Source: Ginsengibacter sp. (GTDB taxonomy: Bacteria; Bacteroidota; Bacteroidia; Chitinophagales; Chitinophagaceae). Taken from it: 64,000 nucleotides of DNA. A program made the translations under genes and the position numbers. Below the pieces are notes generated by a model. The model was not told where the DNA came from and did not search any database. It was given only the letters and a program-made list of their open reading frames with translations. This document shows, piece after piece, positions 58,963 to 64,000 of this stretch (position 1 is its first letter; each line of letters begins with the position of its first letter). The stretch spans positions 64,841 to 128,840 of the forward strand of contig JBQCHE010000020.1 in the NCBI GenBank assembly GCA_051954975.1, in the 5' to 3' direction.

Positions 58963-59721
58963 TTGACCATGCGTGGTATTAAACTGTCACAGATGAAAAT
59001 ATCTCTTTTGGCTCTTATTTTTTCCACCCTGTTTTATTGTGATATTTTCTGCCAGGATTTAAATAAACAAAGTATTGCTGATTTACAGGTAAGCAATGCG
59101 ATTGAACTTTATAATATTCACAATGACAGAAACGCGCCCATATATACCGGCGAAGCCTATATTTTCTACGCGATGAAAATGGAGGGCTCGCCCTATTTTA
59201 AAACCCGCGATTTCACTACCGGGTGGGTAAGTTATAAAGGAAGAAAATATGATTCGCTGAAATTGCTTTATGATGTTACGAGGAATATGTTGGTTGCAAT
59301 GTATCCTAATAATATTTATTTTATTACCATTCAAAATCAGTTTATAGATAGTTTTTTTCTTTCCGGCCATACGTTTATTTCGCTGCGGGAAAATCATAAA
59401 GAAAATTTATATACCTCCGGTTTTTTTGATTTGCTTTACAATGGTAACGTTCAGTTTCTTGGAAAATATTCAGAATCCCTTATGACGGTGATTGAAGGAC
59501 AAGTGATTGTCACAAAATTTTTGAATCATGACCGCTATTACATTCATAAAGATGGACTGTATTACATGGTGAACAATAAAAAAGATGTGTACCGTGTTTA
59601 TGCTGATAAGCTTCACGACTTAAAGAAAATGATGCGACGAAATCATATAAAACTGAAGCGCAAAAATTTTGAAACCGCTATGGTGAAAGCCTCAGCATTT
59701 TATGATCAGCTAACTCATTAA
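58963..59721 (+). CDS. Hypothetical exported protein (252 aa), no family recognised
   Basis: Signal-like ISLLALIFSTLFYCDIFCQ. Its stop is 1 nt before the TonB-dependent receptor start, suggesting an operon. Confidence 0.5.
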   Translation: MTMRGIKLSQMKISLLALIFSTLFYCDIFCQDLNKQSIADLQVSNAIELYNIHNDRNAPIYTGEAYIFYAMKMEGSPYFKTRDFTTGWVSYKGRKYDSLKLLYDVTRNMLVAMYPNNIYFITIQNQFIDSFFLSGHTFISLRENHKENLYTSGFFDLLYNGNVQFLGKYSESLMTVIEGQVIVTKFLNHDRYYIHKDGLYYMVNNKKDVYRVYADKLHDLKKMMRRNHIKLKRKNFETAMVKASAFYDQLTH

Positions 59722-59722
59722 T

Positions 59723-62497
59723 ATGAACAGGTTGTTTTGTTTGTTTTTCTTATTTGCAGGGATATTTTTTTCGTTCGATGGGTTTGCACAAAAAGATAAC
59801 CTCATCACCGCAAATTTTCAGAATGTTAGCTTTAATGAATTTGTTCAGAAAGTAGAAGCTCAAACGGATTATCATTTTTTTTATGAAACAACACAGTTTG
59901 ACAGCACTGCTATCACCATCGATGTAACGAAGGCACACCTTCCTTCTGTTCTTGATAAGATTTTTCACAACACTCAATGGCATTATACAATTGATAAAAA
60001 TAACAACGTCTTTATCACCCAGGGATTTACGCTTGCTGCCCAGCTTCCTTATGGTTTCTTTAATGGTGAAGTAGATACTTCAGCAGTTGCGGCGAACAAC
60101 GAGGCAGATGAAGCCGACTATATCAAACCCAAAAAAGTAAAGCAGGATATTTCGATTGAAAATAAAGTTTTTGATATCGGCATAAAAAGAAATACGATAC
60201 CCAAAGGGAAAGTAAACATTGCAGGTTACGTTCGCGATGGACAAACAGGAGAGGCGCTGTCAGGCGCCGTGATATTTCTTTATCAGCCGGCTGTGCAGGT
60301 GCATACTGACCAGTTTGGATATTACTCGCTAATACTTCCCGCGGGCCGAAATGTGCTTAACATTATCGCCCCCGGAATGTTTGATACAAAAAGACAGGTG
60401 ATGCTTTATTCAGACGGTAAGTTTGATATAGATATGGACCAAAAAGTTTTTCGCCTGAAGGAAGTGGTGGTAGAAGCCGGTAAGGAAAAAAATGTGCGCG
60501 GCACTACGATGGGGATGGACAAACTTGCGATGACGGCGATAAAACAAATTCCGGCAGTGATGGGAGAGGTGGATGTATTGAGGGCAGTGCTCACCTTGCC
60601 GGGCGTTAAATCTGTTGGTGAAGCGAGTACAGGACTGAATGTGCGCGGGGGCGCCACAGATCAAAATTTAATTCTTTTTAATGGTGCTAATATTTATAAT
60701 CCTTCTCATTTGTTTGGATTCTTTTCTGCATTTGACCCTGACGTAATAAAAGATGTTACGTTATATAAAAGTAGCATTCCTGCAAAATACGGCGGGCGCA
60801 TTTCTTCGGTGTTGGACATCACTTCCCTTGACGGAAATGATAAAAAACTATCCGGCACCGCAGGCATAGGCCCTCTTACCGGCAAAATAACTTTGCAGGC
60901 GCCCATCATCAACAGTAAAACCACTTTTATCGGAGGATTACGAACCACTTATTCTGATTGGGTATTAAAGCTGCTGCCAAAAGAATACAGCAAGAGCAAC
61001 GCATCCTTTCGTGATGCAACGATTCACATCAATCACAAAATCAACAGCAAGAATAATGTGTATGTAAATGGATATATAAGTACTGATAAATTTAAATTGA
61101 ACCGCGACACCACTTATCAATATCAAAATGCAAACGCTAATATAAACTGGAAGCACATTTTTAATAATCGCTTTTATGGTGTATTCATGGCCGGAATTGA
61201 CCATTATGATTACCAGGTAGCGTTTAACGGCGATTCAGTAAATGCTTATAAATTAAAATATGCAATCAATCAATATAAATTCAACGCAGATTTCAGTTAT
61301 TTTCTGAACAACAAGCACACCTTAGCTTTCGGGCTAAACAGTTTGCTGTACAACATTCATTCAGGCATCGTAAGTCCTATTGGCAAAGAATCTTTGTTTA
61401 TCCGCGATTCGCTTGAAGCAGAACATGCTCTGGAAAGCGCTTTGTATGTGTCGGATCATTTTAATGTATCTGAAAATCTTTCGCTGGATGGAGGCATCAG
61501 GTATTCAATGTTTAACTATTTGGGCCCAAAGCATGTAAACACTTACGCGCCGGGATTGCCAATTGATCTCAGCAATGTAATTGCTTCTAATTATTACCCT
61601 TCGGGAAAAATTATAAAGACCTACAAGGGGCCGGAGTTCAGGTTTTCGGCGAGATATTCTCTTTCGGACAACAGCTCCATAAAAGCGTCGGCCAATAGTT
61701 TGCGTCAATACATTCATCTGCTTACCAACACCACAACCATTTCGCCCACGGACGTATGGAAATTAAGCGATTCAAATTTGCAGCCACAACTGGGAACGCA
61801 GGTGGCACTTGGTTTCTATAAGAATTTCAAAAATAATACGATTGAAACGTCCGCAGAACTGTATTACAAATGGTTTGACCACTACCTGGATTATCGCAGC
61901 GGTGCCGTGCTGGTGATGAACCACAATATTGAAACCGACGTAATCAATACGAAGGGAACTGCCTATGGCATTGAGTTGCTTTTGAAAAAGTCTTCCGGCA
62001 AATTAAACGGTTGGATGAGCTATACGTATTCGCGCTCACTGCTTCAGCAAGATGATCCTCTTGCTACAGAAAAAATAAATAACGGCGACAGGTATCCCAG
62101 CAATTTTGATCAGCCTCACAATGCTACCATTGCAGCAAATTATAAAATTAATCATCGCTTTAGTATTTCTTTAAATGCAACCTATAGCACCGGGCGGCCA
62201 ATTACTTTGCCGGTGGCCGAATATGATTATGCAGGTTCTGTAAGAGTATTGTATTCTAACCGGAATGAATACCGGATACCTGATTATTTCCGTGCAGACT
62301 TTTCATTAAACATTGAGGGTAATCATAAAATCCACCAGTTAACTCACAATTCCTGGACGCTGGGGGTTTATAATTTTACAGGAAGAAAAAATGCGTATTC
62401 GGTGTATTTTCTTTCACAAAATGGAAGAATACAAGGTTATAAATTATCCATTTTTGGCTCGGCTATTCCTTTTTTAACCTATAACATTAGATTTTAA
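59723..62497 (+). CDS. TonB-dependent receptor with STN-like and CarboxypepD_reg-like N-terminal domains
   Basis: STN-like FQNVSFNEFVQKVEAQTDYHFFYETTQFDSTAITIDV..., VNIAGYVRDGQTGEALSGAVIFL, a plug (VVVEAGKE...), a barrel and a C-terminal ...FLTYNIRF. Confidence 0.85.
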   Translation: MNRLFCLFFLFAGIFFSFDGFAQKDNLITANFQNVSFNEFVQKVEAQTDYHFFYETTQFDSTAITIDVTKAHLPSVLDKIFHNTQWHYTIDKNNNVFITQGFTLAAQLPYGFFNGEVDTSAVAANNEADEADYIKPKKVKQDISIENKVFDIGIKRNTIPKGKVNIAGYVRDGQTGEALSGAVIFLYQPAVQVHTDQFGYYSLILPAGRNVLNIIAPGMFDTKRQVMLYSDGKFDIDMDQKVFRLKEVVVEAGKEKNVRGTTMGMDKLAMTAIKQIPAVMGEVDVLRAVLTLPGVKSVGEASTGLNVRGGATDQNLILFNGANIYNPSHLFGFFSAFDPDVIKDVTLYKSSIPAKYGGRISSVLDITSLDGNDKKLSGTAGIGPLTGKITLQAPIINSKTTFIGGLRTTYSDWVLKLLPKEYSKSNASFRDATIHINHKINSKNNVYVNGYISTDKFKLNRDTTYQYQNANANINWKHIFNNRFYGVFMAGIDHYDYQVAFNGDSVNAYKLKYAINQYKFNADFSYFLNNKHTLAFGLNSLLYNIHSGIVSPIGKESLFIRDSLEAEHALESALYVSDHFNVSENLSLDGGIRYSMFNYLGPKHVNTYAPGLPIDLSNVIASNYYPSGKIIKTYKGPEFRFSARYSLSDNSSIKASANSLRQYIHLLTNTTTISPTDVWKLSDSNLQPQLGTQVALGFYKNFKNNTIETSAELYYKWFDHYLDYRSGAVLVMNHNIETDVINTKGTAYGIELLLKKSSGKLNGWMSYTYSRSLLQQDDPLATEKINNGDRYPSNFDQPHNATIAANYKINHRFSISLNATYSTGRPITLPVAEYDYAGSVRVLYSNRNEYRIPDYFRADFSLNIEGNHKIHQLTHNSWTLGVYNFTGRKNAYSVYFLSQNGRIQGYKLSIFGSAIPFLTYNIRF

Positions 62498-62502
62498 AAA
62501 AG

Positions 62503-63651
62503 ATGAAACGACAATATTTTTATTTATTCATTGTATTGCCCGGAATATTTTTCTTTATGCTATGTGGATGTAAAGATCCATACTATCCGGAACTGAAACC
62601 ATCCACATCGCATTTGTTGGTGGTAGAAGGATTTATCAACCCTGATGGCTTAACCAATATCAGGCTTACCAGAACGAGGGCAATTAGCAAGCGCGATACT
62701 ACAGCCCGTATAAACGAAACAGGAGCGCATGTTTCAATTGAAGACAATAATAATAACATTTATCCGCTGAATGAATCAGGCGATGGAAATTATTCTTCCT
62801 ACTACTTTTTGGACGCCACTAACAAATACAGGTTGCACATCTCTACAAGCGATAATAAAGAATATGTTTCAGAATTTGTGCCATGCAAGAATGCACCTCC
62901 AATTGACTCTCTTGGATGGAAACTGAAAGACGGCAATGTGCAAATGTTTGTGAACACACACGACGATAATAATAAAAGCATTTTTTACCGTTGGGATTTT
63001 GTTCAGACCTGGGAATATCACGCTCAATATTATACTTATTTAATTTATGATCCCGCGAGCAAACAAGTTGTAAACAGGCCATTTCCCGTGTTTGTTTGCT
63101 ACCGCACCAATAATTCCAACAAAATTTTTATTGGCTCGTCTGAAAAATTATCGCAGGATATAATTCATGAAGCGCCGCTGGAACTGATTCCCAATCATGA
63201 TAAAAGAATCAGTGTTTTATACAGCGCTTTAATAACACAATATGCGCTTGATTCGGCCGGATATAATTATTGGAAAGCGATGCGCAGCAATACTGAAGAA
63301 ATGGGTTCAATATTCGGCACGCAACCTAACCAAACAAAAGGCAATATTCATAATGTTGCTGATCCGGATGAAAACGTAATCGGCTATGTCACTGCCGGAA
63401 GCATACAACAAAAAAGAATTTTTATCCGCAATGCTGATCTTCCGGCCGGCTGGAACCTGCTGCCCTATTGTGATGAGAAAAGAGTTACGTTAGACAGCCT
63501 TGAATTTTATTTTGGCAGCGGTGCTTTAATTCCTTACTCTGAAGATCCGCCAGGGGCAGCCCGTCCGAGCGCCTATTTTGGTGCATCGGCTCCTTGCGTG
63601 GATTGCACGGGGGAAGGAGGAACGCTTGTTAAACCTTCCTTTTGGCCCTAA
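62503..63651 (+). CDS. DUF4249-like lipoprotein (usual partner of this receptor class)
   Basis: 382 aa, lipobox-like FFMLCGC. Position directly after the TonB-dependent receptor. The family call is from memory of this gene pair. Confidence 0.55.
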   Translation: MKRQYFYLFIVLPGIFFFMLCGCKDPYYPELKPSTSHLLVVEGFINPDGLTNIRLTRTRAISKRDTTARINETGAHVSIEDNNNNIYPLNESGDGNYSSYYFLDATNKYRLHISTSDNKEYVSEFVPCKNAPPIDSLGWKLKDGNVQMFVNTHDDNNKSIFYRWDFVQTWEYHAQYYTYLIYDPASKQVVNRPFPVFVCYRTNNSNKIFIGSSEKLSQDIIHEAPLELIPNHDKRISVLYSALITQYALDSAGYNYWKAMRSNTEEMGSIFGTQPNQTKGNIHNVADPDENVIGYVTAGSIQQKRIFIRNADLPAGWNLLPYCDEKRVTLDSLEFYFGSGALIPYSEDPPGAARPSAYFGASAPCVDCTGEGGTLVKPSFWP

Positions 63652-63680
63652 ACTATATCTGTATGCAGTTTTTGTGTAAA

Positions 63681-64000
63681 ATGTCAAAATATTTTTTAAG
63701 CTTATTTGTGGGTTTACTATCGTGCGAATGCGGGATGGCGCAAAGCCAATCTCTGCAGGAAATGGTAAAGGCGCTCAATGTGTATTCATCTAACCATCTC
63801 CGCGAAAAAGTATATGTCCACACTGACAAATCTTATTATCTCTGTGGTGAAATTTTATGGTTCAAGGCTTATGTTGAAAATGCAATAAATAACCATCCGC
63901 TTTCTGTAAGTAAAATCGTTTATGTAGAATTGCTGAATAAAGCGCACGACCCTGTAATGCAGGCCAAAATTGGTATTAAAGACGGTAGTGGTAATGGCTC
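63681..64000 (+). CDS. 5' part of an exported protein, truncated by the window end
   Basis: The ORF is open to the window edge: MSKYFLSLFVGLLSCECGMAQ signal, then ...KVYVHTDKSYYLCGEILWFKAYV..., an N-terminus seen in large macroglobulin/MG2-like Bacteroidota proteins. An alternative ATG lies at 63663. Confidence 0.5.
   Translation, partial: MSKYFLSLFVGLLSCECGMAQSQSLQEMVKALNVYSSNHLREKVYVHTDKSYYLCGEILWFKAYVENAINNHPLSVSKIVYVELLNKAHDPVMQAKIGIKDGSGNG

Noticed and set aside
1-64000. Search for CRISPR arrays, IS elements/transposases, integrases, toxin-antitoxin pairs, restriction-modification or other defence genes, and rRNA.
   Set aside because: None was recognised. The only repeats found are the 15-bp duplication (3544-3573) and the heptamer array (46901-46984). 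The single methyltransferase (35196-35888) has no nuclease or specificity partner and looks like a small-molecule or housekeeping class I enzyme.

Overview
This is a chromosomal segment from a Bacteroidota genome, probably Chitinophagaceae- or Sphingobacteriia-like. The evidence is SusC/SusD pairs, ECF-sigma/FecR modules, a DUF4835/DUF4296-coaBC-omega-bamD block, TAnnTTTG-type promoter boxes and AT-rich DNA. I recognised no transposase, integrase, CRISPR array or rRNA. The window holds about 55 protein genes, 2 tRNAs (Cys-GCA, Arg-TCT) and several clear intrinsic terminators. There are three accessory blocks. (1) At 630-17332 on the minus strand, an ECF-sigma/anti-sigma-gated SusC/SusD locus carries exported sugar-acid-type enzymes instead of glycoside hydrolases: a PIG-L deacetylase, two secreted RraA-fold paralogs, a Tat-signal enolase-superfamily enzyme, an embedded tatA missed by the ORF track, a YhcH/DUF386 lipoprotein and an anion-type MFS permease. 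This is my best candidate for an undescribed system, a periplasmic acid-sugar processing route. (2) At 42638-52596 lies an unsaturated-uronate/hexuronate cluster (heparinase II/III, kduD, GH88, DUF2264-like, kduI, uxaB, uxaA) containing a 7-bp tandem repeat. (3) At 52660-55865 an ECF sigma/RskA-type anti-sigma pair sits next to two tandem Tat-signal ferritin-like proteins. Other oddities are a sensor kinase whose membrane module is a separate, translationally coupled gene flanked by two paralogous LuxR regulators; a 965-bp ORF-free AT-rich region with a promoter-plus-terminator pair suggesting a small RNA; and an STN-domain TonB-dependent receptor with no cognate sigma/anti-sigma. All family calls come from motif recognition by eye. 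No HMM, BLAST, GC or folding computation was run.
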